This document shows, in pieces, positions 49,308 to 61,004 of a DNA stretch of 64,000 nt (the first letter of the stretch is position 1; each line of letters starts with the position of its first letter). The position numbers were made by a program, and so were the translations under genes. Origin of the DNA: an uncultured Gammaproteobacteria bacterium. Its GTDB lineage: Bacteria > Pseudomonadota > Gammaproteobacteria > UBA9214. Below the pieces are notes generated by a model. It searched no databases and was not told the origin of the DNA. It worked only from the letters and a program-made list of their open reading frames with translations. The stretch covers positions 14,247-78,246 of the forward strand of contig CAVYZN010000019.1 of NCBI GenBank assembly GCA_963773065.1, in the 5' to 3' direction.

Positions 49308-52300
49308 TCATGCAACGACCCGTTGATCTCCGCGCGGTTGTTGCACCACCATGCAACAGGCAGGTTTCAACGGGTCGGCGCCAATGGTTCCCACCAAGCT
49401 CGCCAGGTATTCCTGGCTCTGGACCTGCATGAGTTTATTCCTGGCGGCTTCGAAGCGCTCGCCGATGCAAAGACGTTCCGCCTCGTCCCGGTATTCGCTA
49501 TCGTTCAGGAACCGCTGGAGGTTGTACACATGGCGCTTCCACAGGTCGATGTCGCGGCTCTGCTTGACCGCCAGGCGTTCGTGATACCAGACGGATTCCA
49601 GCAGGTAGTCACGCGTGAACATGGCGCGAATTCCGGGGTGATGCGCGTCCATACCCCGGTAGGTGCCGGCCGCCATGATATGCAGCAGCGCCTGCAAGCG
49701 GCGGACAGGCATCCGCAATGCAGCCACCGTCCAGGTAGCGCTGCGCCACGCGCTGCTGGGCCTCGACGATGTTGTCTATGCCCTCGACGAACAGATCCAT
49801 TCCCTGGGTTTCCGGCTTGAGGATCTCCTCGGTGAATACGGCCCGGGGATTGTCGAATATCTTGCCCATAAATCCATGCACGAAATGCCCGGTGATGCGG
49901 TAACCCAGGCGGCTGGCGAGCACCTTCCTGCCGTTGTAGTCGAAGTCCTCCAGCGGTTCCAGGTAGCCGTGTTCGATGAGATACGCCGGGTCGCGCTCCT
50001 CGGGGGATAGCCGGGCCCAGATTTCCGGAATCAGCAGGCTGATGTCGTGGTCGACCCGCACATCGGGGCCCACGTAACCGGCGGAACTGGAAAAGCCCGC
50101 ATAACCGGTAAGAATGAACGACACCAGGGCGTTGTTGAGGTCCGCCGTGGCGCGCAGTGCATTGAACGGACCCTTGGTGAGCGCGCCCTCGCTGCCGGTG
50201 CCGGTGGTGGATGGCGACTTGCCGGTCAGGCTGCAGATGAAGTCCATGAACAGTTCCGGCAGCTCCTGGTAGTGGATGGGATTGTAAACCGCCAGGGAGC
50301 GTATGCCCGGTTCGGGCGGATTGTTGCGCCGCCCGGTCAGCACGGCATCCACCGTGTGACAGATGGCATCCCGCAAACCCAGCTTGCGGTGAAAGCGCAC
50401 GCCCATCTCGGCGATGTATGTTCGCACCGGCTGAACCAGATCGGGCCGGGTCTGCAGGTAGCGCGGATTCATGGAAGGCTTGCCGTCAACCAGGCGCGGG
50501 TGCGCGGAGGAAACGACGTAACCGCGTCCTTCATCGTAAACCCCCTTCAACAGCCCCTGCATGGAGGGAGTAAACCGGTGGAAGATGTTGACGTCTTCGA
50601 CCAGCGCGGCCAGCCGCGCGCCCGTTATCGGCTCGTAGTTGGCGATAAAGTTTCCGGGCCCGGAGAGATCCTGTTCGGTCTGCTTGTCGAAACCGGGATG
50701 GATGGCCTCGTCCGGCCGCTGGAACAGCCGGTATTCGCAATTCTTCACCAGCTTGACGCTGTGATTCCCGCGCTGCGCCGGGCCGCAACTGGCGATGCAC
50801 TCGGCCGGCACCACGACGGAGGCGCTGATGTCGTCCTCCATCTGCATTTTTTCGGTGGCGATGAAGTCCTGGCGGACCTTGAAGGTTCGCCATTTGGATT
50901 CCCGGTCGAAGCCGACGCGCAGGTAGGAGGCGATGATGGTGCGGTCGTAAAGCTTCAGCTCGTGCGCGGGGGCGCCGTCCACATCATCCACCGAAAGATG
51001 GTCACGCCAGCGCTCACCCCATTCCGGCCGATAGAAGCGTTTGATCAGATACGCCAGCGCCAGGATGCGCGGGGGTATGGATTCCAGCCAGGCATTGAAC
51101 TCGTCGGTGTATTTGGGTGATGGCGTCAGCAGCTTGATGACCGAACCGAGGCTGCGCTCGGTGACTTAGCGGCCTGCGGTTGGCATCGTGGTCTTCGCCG
51201 GCGTAAGCGGACTTGTAGCGCGTGGTGTAGTCCCGCGTTGAAGATTTCCTGCACCATGTCCAGGTCCTTGTCCAGGTCATCGACGAACAGCGGCCGGTAG
51301 ATGATGCCATCGTCGAGCGATTTGGATATCTCGGACTTGCCGCCGCCCGAGACCGTGCAGGGCTTGTGACAGAAGGTGCCCTCCGGATCCGTGCCGATGA
51401 GTCGCCAGGAGGGGGCATCCGGGTGCTTCTGCATCTCGAGCTTGTAGCCGTTCGGCTGGATGTAGACCCTGTCGGGACGCAGACGGATCGACTGCGGAAC
51501 GCCGTTCACTTCCCAGGTGATGGTCTGGGCGATGAGATCCATGCGCAGTTTCTGCGGCACGTAAATGACTTCGGGATAGCGCTTGTCGATGCCGTAGCCC
51601 TCCGGCTGCAGCTCCATGATGTCGCCGTAGCGCTCGACGACCTCCTCGAATGAATACCCGGGCTCGTGCGAGCGGCTGTCCGCCCCGTACTCCTCGCCAT
51701 GGTTGCGGCGCGGGAAGGCGAGCGCCCCGCCGGCATGCTCCTCCTCCGCCAGCCCGAAGAGATTGGCGGAAAAACTGATCTGCGTCTTGACCTCTTTCTT
51801 GCAATAACCGAAGTAATTGTCGGCGAGCAGGGTGACGATGACGCCCGACTCGTCGCGCGCGGTGAGTTTGAATGTCTGGTCGTCGTTGTAGAGTTCGTCG
51901 GCAGACTTCCAGCACATGCCGTCCCGGCGCTGGCGTTCGCTGGCCTCCCCCCAGTGCGGCAGACCGAGCTCCCGTTTGGTCAGTCCGACGAGATGGGGCG
52001 CGAGGATGACGCAGCCGGTGTGTCCGGTCCAGTGATCGACATCCAGCGCGGCATCGAAGTCGGCCAGATGGGGATTGCCGCCGTTGCCGAAGATGCTCTC
52101 CACGAAATCCAGGTTGCTCACCAGGTTGCCTGGCGCGAAGAACCGGATCTCCATGGTCTTCTCCGCTTCCAGCCCGGGGATCTCCGGACACACGATGGGA
52201 CGCAGCAGCAGGGATACGAACATACGGGCGGGTTTCGGCAGGCCGGCGGTGAACGGTATGGTCAGCAGTTCCGGCGGCGGATTGAGCGCGCGCTCCAGCA

Positions 52301-52817
52301 GGAGCGCGAAGGTGCGCTTGGGCACGGCTATCTTGTCGCCGGGAACCGGCAGCCCGCCTTCGGTGATGTGGAACGAACCCTCGGACGTGCGCCGGTCGCT
52401 CGCGGGATTGTGGAGCACGCCCTGCTTCACCCGATAGCTGGAGATGATCTGCGAGTGGAATTCGTCCTCGCCCAGCGGCAATGAAAGCTCGCGCGCCACG
52501 CCATGGCGGTCGAGAATCAACGTCTGGGTCGGCAGTCTGGGCACCGGTACGGGTTGCAGATCTTCCAGGTAGCGATTCAGGAAATTCTGGATGCGCTGGT
52601 CGATGCGGCATTGATAGTTCGAGAGCAGGCGGTTCTTCTCCCGGTAGCTCTTGAGCAGGTCTCGGGAAATAGCAAAGAACCGGGCGGTTTCGCGTGAAAT
52701 GCAGGTGGGTTGCCCCGAAGACGCCAGCTTCAGATTGATGTAGAGCTGAAGGTTTTCACGCTCTTCCTGTGGATCGTCGGGCGCCTTGTTCAAACCCAGG
52801 GCTTGTGCATAATCCAT
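49308..52817 (-). pseudogene. ~1,170-codon conserved giant enzyme, candidate PPi-type PEP carboxykinase homologue, split over at least four frames
   Basis: GGAGG lies 7 nt upstream of the ATG at 52817. The protein reads through successive minus-strand frames. The first runs 52817 to ~51250 (..YFGYCKKEVKTQISFSANL.., P-loop-like CTVSGGGKSEISKS). A short piece follows (DYTTRYKSAYAGEDHDANRRPLS). The next runs ~51170 to ~49700 (..LTGKSPSTTGTGSEGALTKGPFNAL..). The last runs ~49700 to 49308. The size matches the ~1,100-1,200-aa PPi-PEPCK class. The functional call rests on size and the P-loop from memory, so it is weak. Confidence 0.45.
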
Positions 52818-53404
52818 GGTCATCCTCCGCATTGGTATTCTCATGCCGCGTACCCCGGTTGACCTCTCCGGCAGGACGGCAGTGACTAAATCAAAACCGG
52901 GATGGCACATCAAGACAAGTATTCACCGAATTGCAGCAAAAGACAGACCACGTAGCTATGTTATTAATTAAAAATGGAATCAGGTATATCCACCCGGTTT
53001 GAGAGCCGCTCATTTGCACCGGAACAGGGCTCATTATGCACCAAGTACATCCAGTATTCGAGCCAACGGCGCAGGTCACCGACCCACGGCACGGGCGAAA
53101 TTCTCAGTCGCCAATCGGTTGCAACATCGACTGCTCTGGCTTGATTCATGACGCCGGGAGTGCAACCATCCCTGCCGTGTCAACGATGGGTAACGCCATG
53201 AGCCGGACTTTTGATACCCCCAGGACGCCCCGACGCTTCCCCCAACTGGCCGGATGCCCCCGAAGGACCGGTGAAAACCGGCCCTGGACAAAGTTCCGGT
53301 TGCCGGTGATGGGAATGACGGTGCGGTTCGTCCATTACCCGGCAGGGTAATCAATCGGGAAGCGGACCAACTCGCGGTTGTAAACACCGGCTCGCGGAAC
53401 GCCG

Positions 53405-53869
53405 TCAGGACTTCCGCCGGATGAAATCGAGGAGCCTGCGCGCATGGTCCTTCGGGACGACGCCATATTCCGCATACCGGATCACGCCCCCGGGATCGAT
53501 GATGAACGTCGATCGCACAATGCCAGTCTTTTTGACCCCGTCCTTCTCCTTTTCCTGGATAACGCCGTAATTGCCGCACGCCTCGCGTTCGACATCGGCG
53601 AGCAGGGTTATCTTGAGACCGAATTTCTCCCTGAAGGTCTGGTGGCTGAAACAGTCATCGCCGCTGACACCGACAATCTGCGCCCCCGCCATTTCAAACT
53701 CGTCCATGAGGTCGGTGAAATCATTGGCCTGTATCGTGCAACCGGGCGTGTCATCCTTGGGATAGAAATACAGGATCACCGTCTTGCCCGCGAAATCGGC
53801 CAGCGTCCGGTATTCCATGTCGGCATCCGGCAGGAAGAATTCCGGGGCCTTGTCACCCACATGCAGCAT
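53405..53869 (-). CDS. bcp: Thiol peroxidase Bcp (peroxiredoxin)
   Basis: AGGAGAA lies 6 nt upstream of the ATG at 53869. It reads GDKAPEFFLPD, ILYFYPKDDTPGCT (the peroxidatic Cys motif) and STFIIDPGGVI. Confidence 0.85.
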   Translation of the reverse strand: MLHVGDKAPEFFLPDADMEYRTLADFAGKTVILYFYPKDDTPGCTIQANDFTDLMDEFEMAGAQIVGVSGDDCFSHQTFREKFGLKITLLADVEREACGNYGVIQEKEKDGVKKTGIVRSTFIIDPGGVIRYAEYGVVPKDHARRLLDFIRRKS

Positions 53870-54713
53870 TTCCGTTCTCCTATCTTTCATTCAGTCAAAA
53901 CGTAGGTATCGATGAGCAATCCCTGCGGAAGCGAGCCGGGTTCCCTGGCGGTCGGTGAATCAACCCCGTTCTGTCCGCACACGCTAACGCCATTCCCGAA
54001 TAATGTGTTGAATTCAGGACTGGTGCAAATACTTTTGCGGGCCCTTCCCATTGTCCGCCCTGCGGTGTCCTGCCCGGTTGAGACGCCGTCATGGCCGTCG
54101 TGCTTGCCGGGCGGCGTCAGAAACAGATTGTACGTGAGGACAATATACTGATCCCGCGGTGATCACTATTCTGTTAGTCAGTGGCGTACGAACAATAATA
54201 AACACCCTCCCTACTACGCCACTAACACGCCCCGCACCACAACCCGCGGGGCGTGTTTCTATGTCTGTTGCTAAAACTATGACAATCCGTTTGCCACACG
54301 GATTTCATGGAAAAGTGTTTTCATGATGGCGCCGCGGATCCTGGACGCGAAGCATTTCGTCACGCCAGGAGATCGCGCGGATGGCTGCCGCCCGCGGCGG
54401 AGACCATGGTCGTGAGCCGCATTTCCGTGGCAATTCGTCGCAACGATTCCCTGGCCTATGACGAGTGGATTTCAAGGCAATATTTACGGGAAATTACCTA
54501 TAGCCGCCTTTCGATCCGTGAACTACGTTTTGATTATCACTTGCCCCGGCGATAACCGCTTGCCTGAATCGCCGGGCAAGCGCAGGGGCACCCTACGGCG
54601 TGGTTACATGAACTGCCACGTGGATAGCCTGTCTATAGGATTGTCAATCGGCATCCTGGCGGTTGGAAGGGTGGAAAGGACCCGCTATCCGGGATGTGAC
54701 AGGGAGAACAGGT

Positions 54714-55485
54714 ATGTTCGCTACACGTTGTCTCAGCCTTCCTGCTATTGCCGTTAAGACTGGCTGTTTTATCTGCCTGCTGCTGGTGCTCTGCTCGCTC
54801 CCGCCTGCCATCGCGGGCGCATCTGACCGATATCGAGGTGAACGAGCAGGCAGGCAGCTATCGGGTCAGAATGATCATGCTGGTCCATGCGCCGGCGATC
54901 ATCGTCCACCGTGTGTTGACGGATTACGCGCATATTTACCGGATGAATCCCTCGATCACGGAAAGCGAGATCCTCCCTTCACCGGATAATGAAACGGTCC
55001 GGGTGAGAACCCGCATTGAAGGATGTGTCTTTTTTTTCTGCAAGGATATTGATCGCGTGGAGGATGTACGCGAAGTGAGCCCGGGACATTTACAGGCCGT
55101 CATTGTTCCGGCACATAGCGACTTCACCTCAGGCCAGGCCGATTGGCGCATCCATCCCGTCGGTGAAGACAGCCAAGTCGTCTACCAAGCGGAAATCACA
55201 CCGGCTTTTTTCATTCCGCCGGTCATCGGCGACTATTTCGTCAAGCGAACGATCGCCAGGGAAGTCGTGACCAGTTTTGCGAAGCTTGAATGCATCGCGC
55301 GCATCAAGGCGGGACTCGATACCCGCTCACGGCAGTACCTCGCGGATGCCTACGTCCGACGCAAAGGATGTCGATGCCATTCAGGCGGCGATGCTGACCG
55401 GCGAGGATCCCTCAACCCAGGCACAGGCCACGGCTTCCGGTGGAAACTACGAAGCGGATGCAGCGGGATGTCCCGGAACCTGTGA
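54714..55485 (+). pseudogene. SRPBCC (START/polyketide-cyclase-like) protein with a signal peptide, frameshifted near ~54820
   Basis: The signal peptide MFATRCLSLPAIAVKTGCFICLLLVLCSLPPAIAGA is in one frame. The SRPBCC body (YRVRMIMLVHAPAIIVHRVLTDYAHIYRMNPSI...ADWRIHPVGEDSQVVYQAEITPAFFIPPVIGDYFVKR) is in the next. The C-terminal end is uncertain. Confidence 0.5.
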
Positions 55486-55509
55486 CCAACATGGCAGCGG
55501 GTGTTGACG

Positions 55510-55887
55510 ATGGATTATCGTCACGCCTTCCTGGGCAGTGTCCATATCGTCTTGCTTGCCGGCTGCGCTACCGAACAAACGATCAGTTACCAGCAGACTG
55601 TCTACCCGATCCTGGCAACCAACTGCCTTGAATGCCATCGGCCGCCCGACGGCACGGGTTATCTGCAGACACGGCTCAACCTGGAAACCTATCAGAGCCT
55701 GATGCAGGGCGCGGTTTACGGTCCGGTGATCGTGCCCGGAAACAGCCGCCAAAGCATCCTCAACAGGCTGGTGGAAGGGCGCGCGGGCGCCTCGCTTCGC
55801 ATGCCGCATCAGCGGGACCAGCCCCTCACGGCGCATGAGATCGAGATTCTGCGCCAGTGGGTCGATCAAGGCGCGCACGATAACTGA
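55510..55887 (+). CDS. Lipoprotein with a PSCyt1-like c-type cytochrome domain
   Basis: It has the lipobox LLAGC, the haem motif CLECH within VYPILATNCLECHRPP, then VIVPGNSRQSIL and LTAHEIEILRQWVDQGA. Confidence 0.55.
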   Translation: MDYRHAFLGSVHIVLLAGCATEQTISYQQTVYPILATNCLECHRPPDGTGYLQTRLNLETYQSLMQGAVYGPVIVPGNSRQSILNRLVEGRAGASLRMPHQRDQPLTAHEIEILRQWVDQGAHDN

Positions 55888-55936
55888 CCCCGTTTCACCC
55901 GCAGTCCTCGGGTTTTTGGAATCCCTGAAAAATGCT

Positions 55937-56200
55937 GCAGGGCAGATAATTGCTCCTGCATTATCTGCATTCCCCACATCCCTGTGGGTCATACGGAAGC
56001 TTTGCCTACACGGACGTAGGCAAGGAGCGTGAGCAGGGCAAATAGTTGCTCCTGCACTATCTGCATTCCCCACATCCCTGTGGGTCAGGCGGAAGCTTTC
56101 CTACACGGATGTAGGCAAGGAGCGTGAGCAGAGCGGAAGCTTTGCCTACACGGACGTAGGCAAGTAGCGTGAGCAGGACGCGGAAGCTTTGGCGTCTTGG
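55937..56200. repeat. Tandem repeat array: two 96-bp units, one ~47-bp partial unit and a degenerate stub
   Basis: The unit GCAGGGCA(G/A)ATA(A/G)TTGCTCCTGCA.TATCTGCATTCCCCACATCCCTGTGGGTCA..CGGAAGCTTT(G)CCTACACGGA.GTAGGCAAGGAGCGTGA starts at 55937 and at 56033. The sub-unit CGGAAGCTTTGCCTACACGGACGTAGGCAAG.AGCGTGAGCAG recurs at ~56133 and decays at ~56180. Each unit holds the hairpin GCCTAC-n6-GTAGGC. Confidence 0.85.
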
Positions 56201-56270
56201 CGATTAATAACTATAGTTAAAGACAAATGGCCCGAGCCTGACATGATCGCGTCAGCAGCGAGTAGCAACG

Positions 56271-56576
56271 ATGAGCAGTGACACCGCACCGACACAGGAA
56301 ACCGGCCATTCCGGAGAGAAACCAGCCGCGATCCACGTCGAGTGCTACGCCGGTCACCGCGCGGAAGAATCCCCACGCCGGTTTTTCATCGGTCGGCGCA
56401 CCATCGAGGTAAGCGAGGTCATCGACCGCTGGCTGGAGCCGGAGCATGGCTACTTCAAGCTGCGCGGCGACGACGGCGGCATCTACATACTGCGTTATGA
56501 ACAGGCCACCGACACCTGGGAGATGATTCTGTACGACAGCGGCACACGGCGTGAAACCCGCCTCTCCTCGACCTGA
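56271..56576 (+). CDS. Hypothetical protein (101 aa)
   Basis: The ORF is clean (..IHVECYAGHRAEESPRRFFIGRRTIEVSEVIDRWLEPEHGYFKLRGDDGGIYILRYE..). It lies immediately upstream of the rtcA remnant. No family was recognised. Confidence 0.4.
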   Translation: MSSDTAPTQETGHSGEKPAAIHVECYAGHRAEESPRRFFIGRRTIEVSEVIDRWLEPEHGYFKLRGDDGGIYILRYEQATDTWEMILYDSGTRRETRLSST

Positions 56577-56641
56577 CACCCGTTTAGCCATAAGACCGTC
56601 GGAATCGGGTACCCTGCCCCGGTACCCGGAATGATCGCGAC

Positions 56642-57399
56642 ATGACCAGACACGGCACACGGCAGCGGCTGCGCATCGATGGCGCCATGGGCGAAGGCGG
56701 CGGCCAGATCCTGCGCTCGGCTCTCGCCCTGTCGGTATGCCTGGGCATACCCTTCCACCTGACGCGGGTGCGGGCTGCACGCCGCAAGCCGGGCCTGCAG
56801 CCCCAGCACCTCGCCGCCGTCAAGGCCGCGGCCGAGATCAGCGGCGCCACGCTGGAAGGCGCCACCCCCGGCTCCGGCGAACTGACATTCGATCCGGGCA
56901 CGTCTCGGAGGTATTCACCTGCTTCGGGGAACGCGGCGTGCGCGCGGAAGTCGTGGCGACGCAAGCGGCGGCACAGGTGCGCCGTTACCTGGCCGCGGGC
57001 GTGCCGGTCGGTGAGCAACTGGCGGACCAGTTGCTGCTGCCCCTGGCGCTGGCCAGCGGCAGCTATGTAACGCTGCGGCCCAGCCGGCACACCACGACGA
57101 ATATCGCCGTGCTGCGGATGTTCATGGCGCTGCAGGTTGACTGCGAGGAACTGGGTCCAGACCGCTGGCGCATTGCGCTGCGCGACCGCCATGGATTCCA
57201 CCGATTGCGATTCATGGATGACTACGAACGGACCAGAACAGTGGAAGGTGTTCGTTTGCGGCTAAATGCAATGGTCCCGCGCTTTCCTCGTGGCTGCGTT
57301 TTCGAAACCAATATCTGCTCTGAACCAACAAAACGCGGGCTGGAAGCTCTTGCGCGGCGCACCCGGCTAAAGGTGCATGCCCGCGGAAGACAAGCGTAA
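56642..57399 (+). pseudogene. rtcA: RNA 3'-terminal phosphate cyclase RtcA with a ~175-codon internal deletion and frame change
   Basis: The N-terminus [69 protein letters not shown] runs directly (~56900) into the C-terminal segment ..[50 protein letters not shown], in another frame. The central domain is absent. Homology ends at ~57190 and the frame runs on to 57399. Confidence 0.7.
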
Positions 57400-57450
57400 C
57401 ATAGGAACGGGACTCCTCTCTCCGGGGGGTGACTAGCCTGGGCTTCCGAC

Positions 57451-58110
57451 ATGCCGCCACTCTACCTGCTGGTGTTTCTCGCTCTCGGCGTATTTCTTGC
57501 GGCCGTCATCCAACTGCAGTTGCTGAGCATCGCCTTCCAGAAGCTGGGGCTGTCACCCCACGGCGCCCTGTGGCTGATGCTGGGCGCGTTGTTCGGGAGC
57601 GGCATCAATATCCCGGTGGCGACGGTGAAAACCACGACGGACTTCCCGCTGCCCCTGGATATTCCCCGCCGGGGCCGCATGTGGCCGCCCGCCGATCTAC
57701 CGCCAAGCGGACAGACGATCATCGCCGTCAACCTGGGCGGCTGCATCATCCCCGTGGGTATCGCCCTGTACCTGCTGGCCCGGCAACTGGTCAACCCGCT
57801 CGACCTGCTGCCGGCCCTGCTGGTGGTGACCGCGGCGAGCTATGCATTCAGCCGCCCGGTGCCGGGCTTGGGCATCGCCATGCCGCTCCTCCTGGCCCCG
57901 CTGGTGACGGTGGTGACCGCGCTGCTCCTGGCGCCGGAGAATGCCGCGCCGCTCGCCTTCTCCAGCGGCGTCCTCGGCGTGCTGCTGGGCGCCGACATCC
58001 TGCGCCTGCGCGAAATCGGCCGCATGGGTGTGAGGATCGCCTCGATCGGCGGCGCTGGGACCTTTGACGGCGTGTTCCTCACCGGCGTCATCGCCGTGCT
58101 GCTGGCGTGA
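57451..58110 (+). CDS. DUF1614-family integral membrane protein
   Basis: The ORF is 219 aa. It reads GSGINIPV, IAVNLGGCIIPVGIALYLL and SIGGAGTFDGVFLTGVIAVLL, which are typical of DUF1614. Confidence 0.65.
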   Translation: MPPLYLLVFLALGVFLAAVIQLQLLSIAFQKLGLSPHGALWLMLGALFGSGINIPVATVKTTTDFPLPLDIPRRGRMWPPADLPPSGQTIIAVNLGGCIIPVGIALYLLARQLVNPLDLLPALLVVTAASYAFSRPVPGLGIAMPLLLAPLVTVVTALLLAPENAAPLAFSSGVLGVLLGADILRLREIGRMGVRIASIGGAGTFDGVFLTGVIAVLLA

Positions 58111-58619
58111 CCCACGGTTTCTCGCCCTGTGGACATCAGCCGTTTGCGGAGGGCGCACCCGGCAGGCCAGCGCGCACTCACGATTTTATGTGCGGGTGCG
58201 GTATCCCTGGCATTCAGATACTCTCGGTTCGCAGCCTCCTGTCCCTGGCTGCGCGAAGACCGCAAGCCTGTTATCATTCACCGTCACGGCCATGGAGATA
58301 GCTGATGAATGACCGGCACAATTCACTCGCGGCGGTTTTCGTCGCCACCCGCCCTCGCTCTGCTTGCCGGCTGCACCGTCATCAATGGCGGCGATGCCGC
58401 AATGCGGCGGCCCCCGTCCCTCCACCCCCGGGCGAGTCCACCGGCGCGGTTCAGAAGGGCAAGGAAATTCAAAGCCGCAGACGAAGACTTGCCCGACCGC
58501 TTGTTTGCACGGCTGGATAACGGCGTTAAAGATCTCAACCGTGATATCGGCCGCGAGATCGACCGCGGATTCCCCACCCGTCACGAAGAACGCGACCCCG
58601 GAATCGAGTGACTGACCAG

Positions 58620-58845
58620 CCGTTTCAAGGGTCAAACCGATGGGTTTGCCGGTCAGGCGGCGGATATAGCGCAGGCCCGCACGGAATTCATGACCGTGCA
58701 CGTAGGTCAGGCTGAGCGGTTGCACGATGCCGATCGCGCCCGCCGCGGACGCCGCCGCCACCAGTTCCGGATTGGAACAGGGATACATGGCGCCGCAGAT
58801 CAGCGGCACCTCGATGCCCAGCGTCCGGGTGAACTCAGTGTGCAC
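58620..58845 (-). pseudogene. N-terminal fragment of a nitronate monooxygenase (NMO/2-nitropropane dioxygenase) family protein
   Basis: FTRTLGIEVPLICGAMYPCSNPELVAAASAAGAIGIV...RRLTGKPIGLTLE matches the NMO N-terminus. Downstream of ~58620 no frame retains family motifs. Confidence 0.5.
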
Positions 58846-59527
58846 GCTCAGATGATGCTGCCTTCGAGCGGCCGGAAGCCGCCTTCCCGGTTCCGGCGCG
58901 CTTACCGGTCATCGATCATGACATAGTCGCGCCGCGCCGGACCCACGTACAACTGCCGCGGCCGGCCGATACGCAGATCTTCCTCGCCGATCATTTCCAT
59001 CCACTGGGCCACCCACCCCACCGTGCGGGCAATGGCGAACATCACCGTGAACATATTGGCGGGTATGCCCAGCGCCCGGTAGATGAGGCCGGAATAGAAA
59101 TCCACATTGGGATAGAGCTTGCGCTCGATGAAATAGTCATCATGCAGCGCGATCTCCTCCAGCCGCATCGCCAGCTCGACCATCGGGTCAGCCTTATTGC
59201 AGAGCTTTCCCAGCACCTCGTGGCACATCCTGCGGATGATGCGGGCGCGCGGATCGTAGTTCCTGTAGACCCGGTGCCCGAAACCCATGAGCAGGAAGGG
59301 ATCGTTCCGGTCCTTGGCGCGCGCCACATATCTTGCGGCATTCTTGACGTCGCCGATCTCTTTCAGCATGGCGAGCACGGCTTCATTCGCGCCCCCGTGC
59401 GCGGGACCCCAAAGCGCCGCGATGCCCGCCGCGATGCAGGCAAACGGGTTGGCGCCGGAACTGCCGGTGAGGCGCACGGTCGAGGTGCTGGCGTTCTGCT
59501 CATGGTCGATGTGCAGCATGAAAATCA

Positions 59528-59538
59528 GGTCCAGGGCC
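59528..59538. repeat. Left copy of the 11-bp direct repeat GGTCCAGGGCC flanking the gltA insertion
   Basis: An identical 11-mer lies at 60121-60131. Both correspond to the gltA codons for ..ALD.. Confidence 0.9.
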
Positions 59539-60120
<582 letters not shown>

Positions 60121-60131
60121 GGTCCAGGGCC
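60121..60131. repeat. Right copy of the 11-bp direct repeat GGTCCAGGGCC
   Basis: See 59528-59538. Confidence 0.9.
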
Positions 60132-61004
60132 TTTTCCGCCGCCGGGTCGAGCGCGTACCGTTCGCAGGGCACCGAGAACATCATGTTAAGCAGATTGCCG
60201 ACATAGCTCAGGCTGTTGTCGGGATAGACCTGCGGCTCGCCGATCGAGTGCTTGTAGCTCGCCGCCGCGATGGTCGGCATTTTCGCGATCAGGCGATGCG
60301 CGGCGATCTCGCGGTGCCTTGGGTTGTTGATATCGGTCGAGTCGTGGTAGAAGGCCGACAACGATCCCACCACGCCGACCATGATGGCCATCGGGTGGGC
60401 GTCGTGATAGAAGCCCTTGAAAAAGGCCTTCAATGCCTCATTGAGCATGGTGTGATGCAGGATGATGTCGTTGAAGCCCTTGAGCTGTGCGCGGTCCGGC
60501 AGCTCGCCGTAGAGCATCAGGTAGGCCACCTCGATGAAACTGCTGTGTTGCGCCAGTTGTTCGATGGGATAGCCGCGGTAATAGAGCAGACCCTGCTCGC
60601 CATCGAGATAGGTCAGCCGGCTATGACAGCTCGCGGTGGACAGGAAGCCCGGGTCATAGGTGAAATAGCCCGTGTCGCGGTAAAACCGGCCGATATCCAC
60701 GGCGTTCGGTCCCTGGGTGGATTTCCTGACCGGCAATTCGAACCGCCGGCCGGTGGCGTTGTCGATGACGGTGAGCGTGTCTTCGTTCATCTGTAATTAC
60801 CCTCCAGACCTGCCAGCGGTGATCATGGCTGGCAATCGATAGCTACTGAAGAACTACCAGACTGAAGAACTACCAGTAAGAGTATAGATTTCAGACCGTT
60901 TTCCCGCCTTCCAGGTTCACGGCGCCGGGTGCGGCCCGGGCATATCCAGCCGGTGGCGAGATCGGAATCGCCAGGCTGCGTATCACCCATCCCCGAGTCC
61001 ATCC

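Noticed and set aside
55937-56200. The repeat array was considered as a possible CRISPR array because a Cas6-like gene is present in the window.
   Set aside because: The units are 96 bp and directly abutting. The sequence between the shorter repeated cores is itself repeated, so there are no unique spacers. The array is also 12 kb from the Cas6-like gene.
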